Of a DNA stretch of 64,000 nucleotides, positions 51,123 to 60,483 are shown in pieces (the stretch's first letter is position 1; each line of letters opens with the position of its first letter). The DNA comes from Candidatus Rokuibacteriota bacterium (GTDB lineage Bacteria; Methylomirabilota; Methylomirabilia; Rokubacteriales; CSP1-6): NCBI GenBank assembly GCA_016184125.1, contig JACPDG010000057.1:11485-75484 (forward strand), written 5' to 3'. The translations under genes were made by a program, and so were the position numbers. Under the pieces are notes generated by a model. The model was not told where the DNA came from, did not search any database, and saw only the letters and a list, made by a program, of their open reading frames with translations.

Positions 51123-53181
51123 CGTCCGCGAGCGCGCCCGCCAGCTCCTCCCACTCCGACATGAGGCCGGCGAGGTCGCTCTCGGCGCTCTTCCGCTCCG
51201 CGAGCACCGCCCGCGCACGGTCGCCGTCCCGGTACAGCTCGGGCTCGGCCAGCATCCCCGAGATCTCGTCGAGGCGCGCCTCGAGCTCGGTGATGCGCCG
51301 CTCGACGGCGTCGAGCCGGACGCGCAAGCGCCGGACCTCGGCCGCGGATCGCCGCCGCTCGCGTGGCGTAGGACTGCCGTGCGCGCGGCGGGCGTCGGCC
51401 GCGGGCTCTGCGGCGCGCCGGCGCCACGCGACTCCGGTGTCGTCCGTCCCCGCCGGATCCTGCGACGCCGTGTCGGGAGCGGCCAGGCGTGCGCGCGCGT
51501 CGCGGTAGTCGTCGTACGTACCGGGGTACGACGTGAGCCGACCGTCCTCGATCTCCACCACGCGGCTCGCGATGCGGTTGATGAAGTAGCGGTCGTGCGA
51601 GATGAAGACGATCGTGCCTCCGAAATCGGCGAGCGCGTCCTCGAGGACCTCGCGGGACGCGAGGTCGAGATGGTTCGTCGGCTCGTCGAGGGCCAGCAGC
51701 GCGGCGGGGCGCACGAGCATGCGCGCCAGGGCGAGCCGGGCCTTCTCGCCACCCGAGAGCACCGCCACGCGCTTGTCGACGCTGTCGCCCGAGAAGAGGA
51801 AGCTCCCCAGGATCGTCCTGAGACGCGTCCGCCCGAGCTCGGGCGCCGCGCGCTCCATCTCCTCGTAGACGGTCCGCGACGGGTCGAGGGCCTCGAGCTG
51901 GTGCTGCGCGTAGTAGTGGATGGTGACGCCGAGCCCGAGCGTCCGCTCTCCCCGCTCGAACGGCAGCGTGCCGGCGAGCACGCGCAGCAGCGTCGACTTC
52001 CCGGCCCCGTTCGGCCCGACGAGCGCGACCGTCTCGCCGCGCTCGACCTCGAAGTCGACGCCGGCGTACACGACCCGGTCGCCGTACGCCTTGTGGAGCC
52101 CACGCAGCGTGAGGACCCGCCGGCCGGTCCGCGGTGCCTCCGGAAACGCGAAGCGGATCCGCCGCTGGGCCTCCGGCACCTCGACACGCTCCATCCGCTC
52201 GAGCATCTTGAGCCGGCTCTGGACCTGTCTCGCCTTCGTCGCCTTGTAGCGGAAGCGCTCCACGAACCGCTCGATCTCGGCGACGCGCTTCGCCTGGTTC
52301 GCCGCCTGCGCCTCGAGGAGCTGCCGGCGCGTCTCGCGCTCGACCAGGAAATCGTCGTAGTCGCCGGCGTAGACCGAGACGCCGCCCGGACCGAGGTCGG
52401 CGATCGACGTGACCATGCGGTTCAGGAAGTAGCGGTCGTGCGAGACCACGACCACGGTGCCGTCATAGCGCTCGAGAAAACTCTCGAGCCACCCGAGCGA
52501 GTCGAGATCCAGGTGGTTCGTCGGCTCGTCGAGCAACAGCAGCGACGGCCGCAGCAGCAGGAGGCGGGCCAGGGCCGCGCGCATCCGCCACCCGCCCGAG
52601 AACTCGGCCAGCGGGCGCGTCACCTCGGCGGGCGCGAAGCCGAGCCCGCCGAGGATCAGCCGCGCCCCGGTCTCGAGGCGATAGCCGCCGAGCGCGTCGA
52701 AACGCTGCTGCAGCTCTCCGTAGCGGGCGGTGAGCGCCTCGTCGGGGGCGCCGGCCAGGGCGGTGGCGACGACCTCGAGCTCGCGCTCGAGCTGCCACAC
52801 CTCGTCGAACCCGGACAGCGCCTCGCCGAGGACCGTGATCATGGGGGGACCATCGAAGCCCCCCAAGCCCCCCGCGCTCGGAGCGCCCCGGCCAAGCCGT
52901 GGCGCTCCTCGATCACCCGCTTGGTTCACGGGCTCGGTGACGGTGTGCGGCACGGCGCCGCCCGCGTCCTGCGGCAGGTACCCGACCGTCGTGGTTCGCG
53001 GCCGGCTGACCGCCCCGCTGTCCGGCGTCTCCTGCCCCGCCAGGATCCGGCAGAGCGTCGTCTTGCCCACGCCGTTCGGTCCGACGAGCCCGATCCGCTC
53101 GCCGTCGCCGATCCGCCACGAGAGGTCGCGGAAGAGCGTCTGCCCGCCGTAGGTCTTGGAGACGCCGTCGAGCTGGATCAT
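51115..53181 (-). CDS. ABC-F family ATP-binding protein
   Basis: Two NBDs (GPNGVGKT/FSGGW/LLLDEPTNH and GPNGAGKST/LSGGE), a KARQVQSR linker and a C-terminal coiled coil. Confidence 0.93.
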   Translation of the reverse strand: MIQLDGVSKTYGGQTLFRDLSWRIGDGERIGLVGPNGVGKTTLCRILAGQETPDSGAVSRPRTTTVGYLPQDAGGAVPHTVTEPVNQAGDRGAPRLGRGAPSAGGLGGFDGPPMITVLGEALSGFDEVWQLERELEVVATALAGAPDEALTARYGELQQRFDALGGYRLETGARLILGGLGFAPAEVTRPLAEFSGGWRMRAALARLLLLRPSLLLLDEPTNHLDLDSLGWLESFLERYDGTVVVVSHDRYFLNRMVTSIADLGPGGVSVYAGDYDDFLVERETRRQLLEAQAANQAKRVAEIERFVERFRYKATKARQVQSRLKMLERMERVEVPEAQRRIRFAFPEAPRTGRRVLTLRGLHKAYGDRVVYAGVDFEVERGETVALVGPNGAGKSTLLRVLAGTLPFERGERTLGLGVTIHYYAQHQLEALDPSRTVYEEMERAAPELGRTRLRTILGSFLFSGDSVDKRVAVLSGGEKARLALARMLVRPAALLALDEPTNHLDLASREVLEDALADFGGTIVFISHDRYFINRIASRVVEIEDGRLTSYPGTYDDYRDARARLAAPDTASQDPAGTDDTGVAWRRRAAEPAADARRAHGSPTPRERRRSAAEVRRLRVRLDAVERRITELEARLDEISGMLAEPELYRDGDRARAVLAERKSAESDLAGLMSEWEELAGALADDA
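52839..52940 (+). repeat. Family-A repeat inserted in frame (102 bp) inside ABC-F
   Basis: GTGA|TCATGGGGGGACCATCGAAGCCCCCC...TTCACGGGCTCG|GTGA. Confidence 0.9.
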
Positions 53182-53579
53182 CCCATCGTCTGCAGACGCT
53201 CGGGGACGATCTTCACCATCACGCGCACCTCGCCCGGACGCTTCCAGGGATACCGGTCCTGACCGATGTACTTCTTCGCGAGCGCGTCGATGTGCTCGTC
53301 GGCGCCGCGCTCGGTCATCTCGGCGACGCGGCCCTGCACCTGCACGTAGCGGTAGGGGTTGTCGGGATCCTGGATCGACAGCGCGATCCGCGGGTTCTTC
53401 TGGAGATTGCGGTCCTTCACACGGCCGCGCGCGGTGTTGATCCGGATGTGGGTGCCGTCCCAGTCGAGCCACACCGGCGTGACCTGCGGCTGGGCGCCGC
53501 CCGCCGTGGTCGCCAGGTGCGCGAACGCCTTCTTGGTGGTGAACAGATCTCGGAACTCCTCCGGAATCGTCGTCGCCAT
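53178..53579 (-). CDS. PPOX-class (F420-dependent-like) oxidoreductase
   Basis: AHLAT...PQVTPVW...KDRNLQKNPRIALSI.DPDNPYRY. Confidence 0.88.
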   Translation of the reverse strand: MATTIPEEFRDLFTTKKAFAHLATTAGGAQPQVTPVWLDWDGTHIRINTARGRVKDRNLQKNPRIALSIQDPDNPYRYVQVQGRVAEMTERGADEHIDALAKKYIGQDRYPWKRPGEVRVMVKIVPERLQTMG

Positions 53580-53600
53580 CGTCACTTCCCTCCTGGTCTG

Positions 53601-53703
53601 AAATCATGGGGGGACTATCGAAGCCCCCCAAGCCCCCCAATCGCTCGCACGCGCCCCGGGGGACCCGGGGCGCGGCTCGGCTATCGGGTTCGTTCACCGG
53701 CCC
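53601..53703 (+). repeat. Family-A repeat copy
   Basis: TGA-AATCATGGGGGGACTATCGAAGCCCCCC...GTTCACCGGCCC. Confidence 0.85.
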
Positions 53704-54031
53704 TCAGCTGCTCCAGCACGCTGAACGCGTGGCGTACGGACTTCGCGGAGAGCGATCCGGACATCAGCAGCGCGATGTCGAGCGTCTCGGCGATCTCCTG
53801 GTCGGTCGCCCCCTGGTCGAGGACCTCCTCGACGCGATGGTCCACTCAGTCGAAACAGTTCTGCGAGACCGCGATCGCGAGCGCGGTCAGCTCCTTGTGC
53901 TTCTTCGACAGCGCCCCGTCGGCGTACACCTGCTTGCCGAGCTCGCCGAACGCGGCGAACACCTTCATCGGCGACGTGACGACGAGACCGTTGACGCGGC
54001 GCTTCTCCCGGTTGCGTTCGTGGACGTGCAT
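53681..54031 (-). CDS. Carboxymuconolactone decarboxylase/AhpD-like selenoprotein (CxxU; UGA at 53846-53848)
   Basis: DGALSKKHKELTALAIAVSQNCFD-UGA-VDHRVEEVLDQGATDQEIAETLDIALLMSG continues the CMD pattern in frame; a hairpin follows the UGA. Confidence 0.8.
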
Positions 54032-54049
54032 GGCTTGCTGTCTCCTCTC

Positions 54050-54098
54050 GGTTCGTGGAAACCATCGGCCGCGAAGGCGGTCGATGGTTTCGCGAACT
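54050..54098. repeat. Family-B palindrome
   Basis: CTC|GGTTCGTGGAAACCATCG...CGATGGTTTCGCGAACT|CTC. Confidence 0.88.
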
Positions 54099-54099
54099 C

Positions 54100-54606
54100 T
54101 CAGCGGCCCTTCTGCGTGCTCAGCTCCGCCGCCCGCGCCTCGGCCATGCCGCGCAGGGCGAAGAGCACGCGCACGAGGCACTGCTGGACGAGGAGCGCGT
54201 CCTGCGTGAACGGATCGGCCAGCCAATCGCGTGCCCAGCCGGGCTTCTCGCTCGCGAAGCCGAGCGTCGGCGAGAGCGATTGCAGGCGCAGCAGCAGGTC
54301 GTCGGGCGGCAGGCCGCTGGCGCGCAGCCGCGCCACCACCGCCGCCCGCACCGCCGCGTTCCAGACGCCCGTGAGCCCCTCGAGGAGCGCCTGGTAACAG
54401 GTCAGATCGGCCTTCGACTGCAGGTGCTGCAGCACCGCGGGGACGAGCGCGTTGACGGTCGCGTTGCCTTCGTCGTCCTGGCCGAAGAGCGGTCCGATGA
54501 CCGGATCCTTCTCCGGCGCGGGCAGGTGCTCGAGCAGCGCGACGGCCGCGGCGGCCGGGGTCGGCGGGAGCCGGGCGAGTCTCTCGAGCAACGGGACGTC
54601 CGCCAT
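54100..54606 (-). CDS. Hypothetical protein
   Basis: GGAGG RBS, MADVPLLERL..., normal codon usage and operon spacing. Confidence 0.7.
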   Translation of the reverse strand: MADVPLLERLARLPPTPAAAAVALLEHLPAPEKDPVIGPLFGQDDEGNATVNALVPAVLQHLQSKADLTCYQALLEGLTGVWNAAVRAAVVARLRASGLPPDDLLLRLQSLSPTLGFASEKPGWARDWLADPFTQDALLVQQCLVRVLFALRGMAEARAAELSTQKGR

Positions 54607-54607
54607 G

Positions 54608-56080
54608 TCAGCGCCTCCCTCCATCGACGCCCGTGGGTCGCGGGACGCCGATCTCGGCCCCGGCGCGGACACCCGCCCCGGGACGCGCCGGCGCGCCGGA
54701 AGCGCCGCCTCGCGCGAGGTCCTGAGCCCGGCCGCCGGGGACGAGGAACGCCGACGCGAGCGCGACGACGGCGACGCCGAGCCCGACGACGAAGACGCCG
54801 TGCAGCGCATCGCTCATGTCGAGCCCACTCGCGAGCCGGCGTCCCATGACCGCGCCCATGAGCGAGATCCCGATCGCGCCGCCGATCGTCCGGAAGAACT
54901 GCGTCATCGACGTCGCGGTGCCGAGCTCGCTGCGCTCGACGGCGCTCTGGACCGCAATCAGCATCGGCACCATGGTGAGCCCCATGCCGACGCCGCCGAC
55001 GAGCGCGTCGCGCATCGCCGCGGGCAGCGTGAGCGACGGCGACCAGCGCGACAGCAGCACGAAGCCGCCGACCAGACACGCCATGCCCGCGACGACGAGC
55101 CCGCGGTATCCGACGCGGAGGACGAGCCGCGCGCTGACGATCGACATGACCACCCAGCCGAGCACGAACGGGATGAGCACGATGCCGGCACCGGTCGCCG
55201 TCATCCCGCCGACCGCCTGTAGGAAGAGCGGCACGAACTGGATCGCGCCGAACATCGCCATGCCGGCGAGAAACCCCGTCGCCGATGCGGCGAGCACCAT
55301 GCGGTTCGTGAACAGCCTGAGCGGAACGATCGGCTCGGCCGCCCGGCGCTCCACACCGACGAAGCCGGCGAGCGCGGCGAACGCGACGGCCCCGGCGCCG
55401 ACGACGGCAGGTCCTCCGGACGGTTGCGTCCTCGTCGCCTCGAGCGCGAGCAGCAGCGCCGAGACCCCCGTGGTGAACAGCGCGATGCCCGCGTAGTCGA
55501 TGGCCGCCCTCCGCCGCGAGGACCGGTCCTCGCGGAGCGCCGAGACGACGAGCGCGATCGCGATCACGCCGAACGGCAGGTTGATGTAGAACACCCACCG
55601 CCAGGAGACGTGGTCGGTCAGCAGGCCGCCGATGAGCGGCCCGAGCAGCGACGCGATGCCCCACACGCCCGACAGGTAGCCTTGCATGCGGGCGCGGCGC
55701 TCGAGGCCGTAGAGCTCGCCGACGATCGTCATCCCGATCGTCATGAGGCTTCCCGCGCCAAGCCCCTGGATCATGCGGAAGCCGATGAGCTGGCCCATGG
55801 TCTGCGCCGCGCCAGAGAGCGCCGAACCGAGCAGGAACACGATGACCCCGATGACGTAGATCGGCCGGCGACCGTAAAGATCCGACAGCCGGCCCCAGAG
55901 CGGCATCATGACGGTCGCCGTCAGCAGGAAGCCGGATCCGACCCAGGAGTAGATCTCGATCCCGCCGAGGCTCCCGACGGCGTTCGGCATCGCCGTCGCG
56001 ACCACGGTCGACTCCATCGCCGCAAGGAAGATCGTCATCATCACGCCCGCGAGGGCGCGGCCCTTCTTCGTTCCCTCCAT
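54608..56080 (-). CDS. MDR-type MFS transporter (EmrB/QacA-like)
   Basis: GRLSDLYGRR, RMIQGLGAG and WRWVFYINLPFG. Confidence 0.92.
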   Translation of the reverse strand: MEGTKKGRALAGVMMTIFLAAMESTVVATAMPNAVGSLGGIEIYSWVGSGFLLTATVMMPLWGRLSDLYGRRPIYVIGVIVFLLGSALSGAAQTMGQLIGFRMIQGLGAGSLMTIGMTIVGELYGLERRARMQGYLSGVWGIASLLGPLIGGLLTDHVSWRWVFYINLPFGVIAIALVVSALREDRSSRRRAAIDYAGIALFTTGVSALLLALEATRTQPSGGPAVVGAGAVAFAALAGFVGVERRAAEPIVPLRLFTNRMVLAASATGFLAGMAMFGAIQFVPLFLQAVGGMTATGAGIVLIPFVLGWVVMSIVSARLVLRVGYRGLVVAGMACLVGGFVLLSRWSPSLTLPAAMRDALVGGVGMGLTMVPMLIAVQSAVERSELGTATSMTQFFRTIGGAIGISLMGAVMGRRLASGLDMSDALHGVFVVGLGVAVVALASAFLVPGGRAQDLARGGASGAPARPGAGVRAGAEIGVPRPTGVDGGRR

Positions 56081-56406
56081 CAGTGGCCGCCGGTGCACGC
56101 CGCACAGCGGCACAGCGCGCGCAGGTCGGGGTACGCGTAGAGGCTCTCGTGCCCGTCGGACCAGCGCACGCGCACGCCGCGGTCGACGCGCGCGACCTCG
56201 GCCGGCCACGCCATGTCGCGCGTCACGTCCTCGAGCGTCGCGCAGCCGCCGCAGCCGCAATCGCGACGCAAGCGCTCGAACGGATAGATGCTGCCGTGCT
56301 GGTCCGCCCAGTCGACGCCGAGCGCGTAGCGGCCGACGAAGTGCACGTCCTTCGGCACGTCCGGGTCGGGCTGACCGAGGAGCGGCAGCCTCACCTTGCG
56401 GTCCAT
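56080..56406 (-). CDS. DUF971 (GBBH N-terminal-like) protein
   Basis: VGRYALGVDWADQHGSIYPFERLR..CGCGGC and WSDGHESLY...LRALCRCAAC. Confidence 0.75.
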   Translation of the reverse strand: MDRKVRLPLLGQPDPDVPKDVHFVGRYALGVDWADQHGSIYPFERLRRDCGCGGCATLEDVTRDMAWPAEVARVDRGVRVRWSDGHESLYAYPDLRALCRCAACTGGH

Positions 56407-56410
56407 GTGT

Positions 56411-56505
56411 TCATGGGGGGACTATCGAAGCCCCCCAAGCCCCCCGCGCTCGGAAGCGCCCCGGCACAGCCGGGGCGCTCCTCGACAGCCGTTGCGTTCA
56501 CGAAC
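56411..56505 (+). repeat. Family-A repeat copy
   Basis: TCATGGGGGGACTATCGAAGCCCCCCAAG...GTTCACG. Confidence 0.85.
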
Positions 56506-56507
56506 GT

Positions 56508-57425
56508 TCATCCAGCGGTCCCGGCCGGCAGGCCGAGGCGCAGCCCGGCGAGCAGGTAATGGACCGCGAGATTGCGGTAGGGGCCCCACGCGCGCGCCCG
56601 GCGTCTCACGGCGTCCTCGCTCAGGGCACGACCGCGGCCGTCGTAGCGCTCGAACGCGCGCCGCACGCCGAGGTCGCCGGCCGGGCAGACGTCGCCGCGG
56701 CCCAGGCACCGTGCCAGGTACCACTCCGCCGTCCACCGGCCCAGCCCGCGGAGCCCGGTGATCCGATCGACGACGACGTCGTTCGTCGCCGCCGTGAACG
56801 CATCGACGTCGAGCGCGCCGTCGACGACCGCGCGCCCGAGGTCGCGGATGTACTCCGCCTTCCGCGTGGAGAACTTCATCGCGCGCAGCTCGCTCACCCG
56901 GCTCGCGGCCAGGGCCGCGGCGTCGGGGAAGGCGTAGACGCTGTCGCCGTCGACGGCCACCGGCGTGCCGTACCGCGTGACGAGGCGGGCGCGGCACGCG
57001 AAGGCGAACGCCAGGTTCACCTGCTGCGCGGTGATGGAGCCGACGATCATCTCGAGACCATTCGGCGCGAGCGTGGGCCGCATGCCGTGGAGCGGCACGA
57101 CCAGCCCGGCGAGCATCCGGTCGCTCTTCGCGAAGCGGTAGAACCCTTCGAGGTCGAAGCCGAGGCCGAAGATCTTCTCGACCTCGGCACGCACCGCGTC
57201 CTCGACGCGGGACGACCGGGCGCCGGGGACCGTGACGTCGAGCCGCACGTCGTCCACCGGTCCGCGCCAGCGTGCTTCCCAGAGCCAGAGCCGGCCGTCC
57301 AGGCGGAGCACTCGACGGAAGATGCCGTCGCCGACCCGGTTCGCGGGGTCGTCGCCCCAGACGTGGTAGCGCGCCAGTGTCGCCCCGACGTCGAGTGGAC
57401 CGTTCACAGGCAGGACGAATCTCAT
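56508..57425 (-). CDS. alkA: DNA-3-methyladenine glycosylase II (HhH-GPD)
   Basis: AQQVN, YAFP, LRGLGRWTAE, PAGDLGV and WGPYR. Confidence 0.85.
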   Translation of the reverse strand: MRFVLPVNGPLDVGATLARYHVWGDDPANRVGDGIFRRVLRLDGRLWLWEARWRGPVDDVRLDVTVPGARSSRVEDAVRAEVEKIFGLGFDLEGFYRFAKSDRMLAGLVVPLHGMRPTLAPNGLEMIVGSITAQQVNLAFAFACRARLVTRYGTPVAVDGDSVYAFPDAAALAASRVSELRAMKFSTRKAEYIRDLGRAVVDGALDVDAFTAATNDVVVDRITGLRGLGRWTAEWYLARCLGRGDVCPAGDLGVRRAFERYDGRGRALSEDAVRRRARAWGPYRNLAVHYLLAGLRLGLPAGTAG

Positions 57426-57496
57426 CGGGGGATCACGCAGCGGTTCAGTGTACCAGACGTTGTCCGATCGCCCCGAGTCGGCTACCCTGGGGCGCC

Positions 57497-58282
57497 ATGA
57501 CGGCCGTCCTCGACGAGACGCTCGACCACGTCGCCATCCTGACGCTGAACCGGCCGGACACGCTGAACGCGCTCACCCCCGACACGGCGCGCGAGCTCGG
57601 CGAGCACCTCGAGCGCGCCGCGGCGGACCCGGTCGTCCGCGCGGTGGTCGTGACGGGCGCCGGCTCGGCGTTCTCCGCGGGCGGTGACATCCGGTTCCTC
57701 GAAGCGCTCCCGAGCCTGCCGGTCACCGAGCTCGCCGAGGTCGTGTACCGCGCCTTCCAGCGTCCCATCCGCGCGATGCGGAGCATGGAGAAGCCCGTCA
57801 TCGCGGCGGTGAACGGTGCGGCCGTCGGCGCCGGGTGCGAGCTCGCGATCGCGGCGGACTTCAGGATCGCGTCGACCGCCGCGCGGTTCGGCGAGGTCTG
57901 GATCAGGCTCGGGTGCATCCCGGCACTCGGCGGCATGTTCCTGCTGCCGCGGCTCGTGGGGCTCGGGCGGGCGACCGAGATGATCATGACCGGCGAGATC
58001 GTCGAGGCCGAGGAGGCTCGCCGCATCGGTCTGGTCGGCCGCGTCGTCGCGCCGGATGCGCTCCGTGACGCCGCGCTGGACCTCGCGCGCCGGCTGGCGG
58101 CCGGCCCGACGCGCGCGCTCGCCGCCGCGAAGGCCGCGCTCAACCGCGGGCTGTCATCGAACCTGTGGGCCGAGCTCGAGTCGACGGTGCCGCTCCAGCT
58201 CTCCTGCTTCGCGACGCGCGACTTCGCCGAGGGCGTTCGCGCGCTCGCGGAGCGCCGTCCGCCGCGCTTCACCGGCGGCTGA
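57497..58282 (+). CDS. Enoyl-CoA hydratase/isomerase family protein
   Basis: LNRPDTLNAL, FSAGGD, KPVIAAVNGAAVGAG and DFAEGV. Confidence 0.92.
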   Translation: MTAVLDETLDHVAILTLNRPDTLNALTPDTARELGEHLERAAADPVVRAVVVTGAGSAFSAGGDIRFLEALPSLPVTELAEVVYRAFQRPIRAMRSMEKPVIAAVNGAAVGAGCELAIAADFRIASTAARFGEVWIRLGCIPALGGMFLLPRLVGLGRATEMIMTGEIVEAEEARRIGLVGRVVAPDALRDAALDLARRLAAGPTRALAAAKAALNRGLSSNLWAELESTVPLQLSCFATRDFAEGVRALAERRPPRFTGG

Positions 58283-58283
58283 T

Positions 58284-58388
58284 CCGACGTCATGGGGGGA
58301 CTATCGAAGCCCCCCACGACGTCGGTTCGCGCGCTCTGAGAGTTCGAGCAACAATCGACCGCCGCGGCGGTCGGTTGTTGCTCGAACT
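58284..58388. repeat. Partial family-A hairpin plus family-B palindrome between convergent genes
   Basis: CCGACGTCATGGGGGG...CCCCCCACGACGTCGG, then GAG|AGTTCG...CGAACT|GAG (58341-58388). Confidence 0.85.
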
Positions 58389-58406
58389 GAGTCGTCCGTC
58401 TCGACC

Positions 58407-60227
58407 TCAGTGCCGGAGGTGGTACGGGACGTCGGTGACGATGACGTTCTTCCTGAAGAGGAGCGAGCCCTTGATCAGGAGCGCCGTCTGGTTGTGCATG
58501 AGGTGCTGCCACCACCGCGCAGGAATGAACTCGGGCAGGACGATCGTGACCACGTGGTGCTCGTCCCGTTGCTGCAGGTGATCGATGTACTCGAACAGCG
58601 GCCCGAGCAGCGACCGATAGGGTGAGGTCAGCACGATCAGCGGTACGCCCATCCCCCACTTCCCCCAGCGCTCCTCGAGCCGTCGTGTCTGCTCCGGGTC
58701 CGTCTCGACGTAGACCGCCTTCGCCGATGGCGAGAGTGTCTGCGCGTACTGCAGCGCGCGGACGACACCGCGGTGGAGGTCACCCACGAGGACCAGCACG
58801 GTGTGGCTGATGGGCGGCGGCGGAGCGAAATCTTCCAGGGACAGCTGCACGGCGACGTCCCTGTAGTGGTGGCGCGTCATGAGGAACGTCACGACGAGGG
58901 TCGGGATCAGGGCGATGACGATCCACGCCCCCTCGATGAACTTCGTCACCACCAGCGTGAGCAGCACCATCCCGGTGACGGTCGCGCCCACGGCGCTGAA
59001 CCAGATCCGCCACCACCACCCCTCCTCGCGCAGGCGCAGCGAGCGCCGGACCATGCCGCTCTGGGAGACGGTGAAGGAGATGAAGACGCCGATCGCGTAG
59101 AGCGGCAGGAGCGCGTGAGTGTCGCCCTGGAAGCCGATCAGCAGCAGGATGGCGAGGCCGGCCAGGATGACGATCCCGTTCGAGAAGACGAGCCGATCGC
59201 CCTGGGCGCGGAACTGTCGCGGCATGAAGCCGTCCCGGGCCATGAAGAACGACAGCCGCGGGAAGTCGGCGAACGACGTGTTGGCCGCGAGGAGAAGGAT
59301 CAGCATGGTGACGGCCTGGATCTCGAAGTAGAAGAAGCCCCCGCCGAAGACGCGCCGCGCGATTTTCGAGACCACCGTCTCGTTGGCGCTCGGAACGATG
59401 CCGAAATCGAAGGCGAGGTACGTGATGCCGAGGAACATGGTGACCGTCATGGCGCCGAGCCAGGCCATCACGGTCCGCGCGTTCTGAGCCTCCGGCGGCC
59501 TGAACGCCGGGACGCCGTCCGAGACCGCCTCGATGCCCGTGAGGGCGGTGCAGCCGGCCGCGAACGCGCGGAGGAGGAGGAACAAGCCGATGCCCTCGAG
59601 ACCCGGCGGGTGCGGCTCGTAGGGCGCCTCGGGCAACCAGCCCAAGGCCGTGCTCACGAGCCCGTACGCCACCATGCCGAGGACGCTGACCACGAACACG
59701 TAGGTCGGCAGGGCGAAGAGCCGGCCGGATTCGCGGACGCCGCGCAGGTTGGCGAGGGCGACGCCGATCACGGCGCCCACGCAGAGGGCCACGCGAAACG
59801 GGAACAGCTCCGGGATCGCCGACGTGACGGCCGCGACGCCGGCCGCCACGCTGACCGCGACCGTGAGCACGTAGTCCGTCAGCAGCGCGGCGCCAGCGAT
59901 CAGTGACGGGAAGACGCCGAGGTTGTCCTTCGCGACGATGTAGGCGCCACCGCCGTGCGGGTAGGCGCGGATCGTCTGCCGGTAGGAGGCGATGACGATC
60001 AGGATCAACGCCGCGATGCCGGCCGCGATGGGCAGCGAGTAGCTGAGGGCAAGGGCGCCAGCCAGGATCAGGACGTGGAGGATTTCCTCGGTCGCGTAGG
60101 CGTTGGACGACAGCGGGTCGGACGCGAAGATCGCGAGGCCGGTCGCCCTGCCGAGACGCTCGTGCCGCGACTGCGCGGTGGGGAGGGGCCGGCCGACGAC
60201 GAACCGCTTGAGCGAGTAGAGTCTCAT
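58407..60227 (-). CDS. APC-superfamily permease, KimA/YdaO-like K+ transporter
   Basis: ASDPLSSNAYATEE, YPHGGGAY, ALTGIEAVSDG, DFPRL and PEFIP..WWQHLMHNQTA. Confidence 0.85.
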   Translation of the reverse strand: MRLYSLKRFVVGRPLPTAQSRHERLGRATGLAIFASDPLSSNAYATEEILHVLILAGALALSYSLPIAAGIAALILIVIASYRQTIRAYPHGGGAYIVAKDNLGVFPSLIAGAALLTDYVLTVAVSVAAGVAAVTSAIPELFPFRVALCVGAVIGVALANLRGVRESGRLFALPTYVFVVSVLGMVAYGLVSTALGWLPEAPYEPHPPGLEGIGLFLLLRAFAAGCTALTGIEAVSDGVPAFRPPEAQNARTVMAWLGAMTVTMFLGITYLAFDFGIVPSANETVVSKIARRVFGGGFFYFEIQAVTMLILLLAANTSFADFPRLSFFMARDGFMPRQFRAQGDRLVFSNGIVILAGLAILLLIGFQGDTHALLPLYAIGVFISFTVSQSGMVRRSLRLREEGWWWRIWFSAVGATVTGMVLLTLVVTKFIEGAWIVIALIPTLVVTFLMTRHHYRDVAVQLSLEDFAPPPPISHTVLVLVGDLHRGVVRALQYAQTLSPSAKAVYVETDPEQTRRLEERWGKWGMGVPLIVLTSPYRSLLGPLFEYIDHLQQRDEHHVVTIVLPEFIPARWWQHLMHNQTALLIKGSLLFRKNVIVTDVPYHLRH

Positions 60228-60359
60228 CGTCCGTCAGCGGCGGCGCGCGCGCGCGGGGGCTCGAGGCGCACGCAGCCAATGATACCCGCGCGGCCAGGAG
60301 AACAGAAGAACGGCACGCCCGGTCGGGCTCCCTGCCGGGGCGCGCGGTGGTCGAGTGGC

Positions 60360-60474
60360 GGCGTCCACCCCGCTCGCGCACGAACTGCACATGCGGGTCC
60401 CGCACTCCGGGTAGCCCCGATGCCGCCGACGCATGCTCCAGCGTCGTCCCGCACTCGCAGTCGTGGTTCATCAC
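60360..60474 (-). pseudogene. Frameshifted paralog of the adjacent Cys-rich protein
   Basis: MNHDCECG...SG, then in another frame YPECGTRMCSSCASGVDAAT. Confidence 0.55.
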
Positions 60475-60483
60475 GCACCGCCC

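Noticed and set aside
50817-53181. HNH + ATPase as an anti-phage system (Septu/retron-like)
   Set aside because: The ATPase is a typical ABC-F and the HNH is a small housekeeping-context type; there is no defence context.
60228-60480. c-di-AMP (ydaO) riboswitch before the KimA-like gene
   Set aside because: No recognisable consensus; the region is better explained by the frameshifted Cys-rich paralog.
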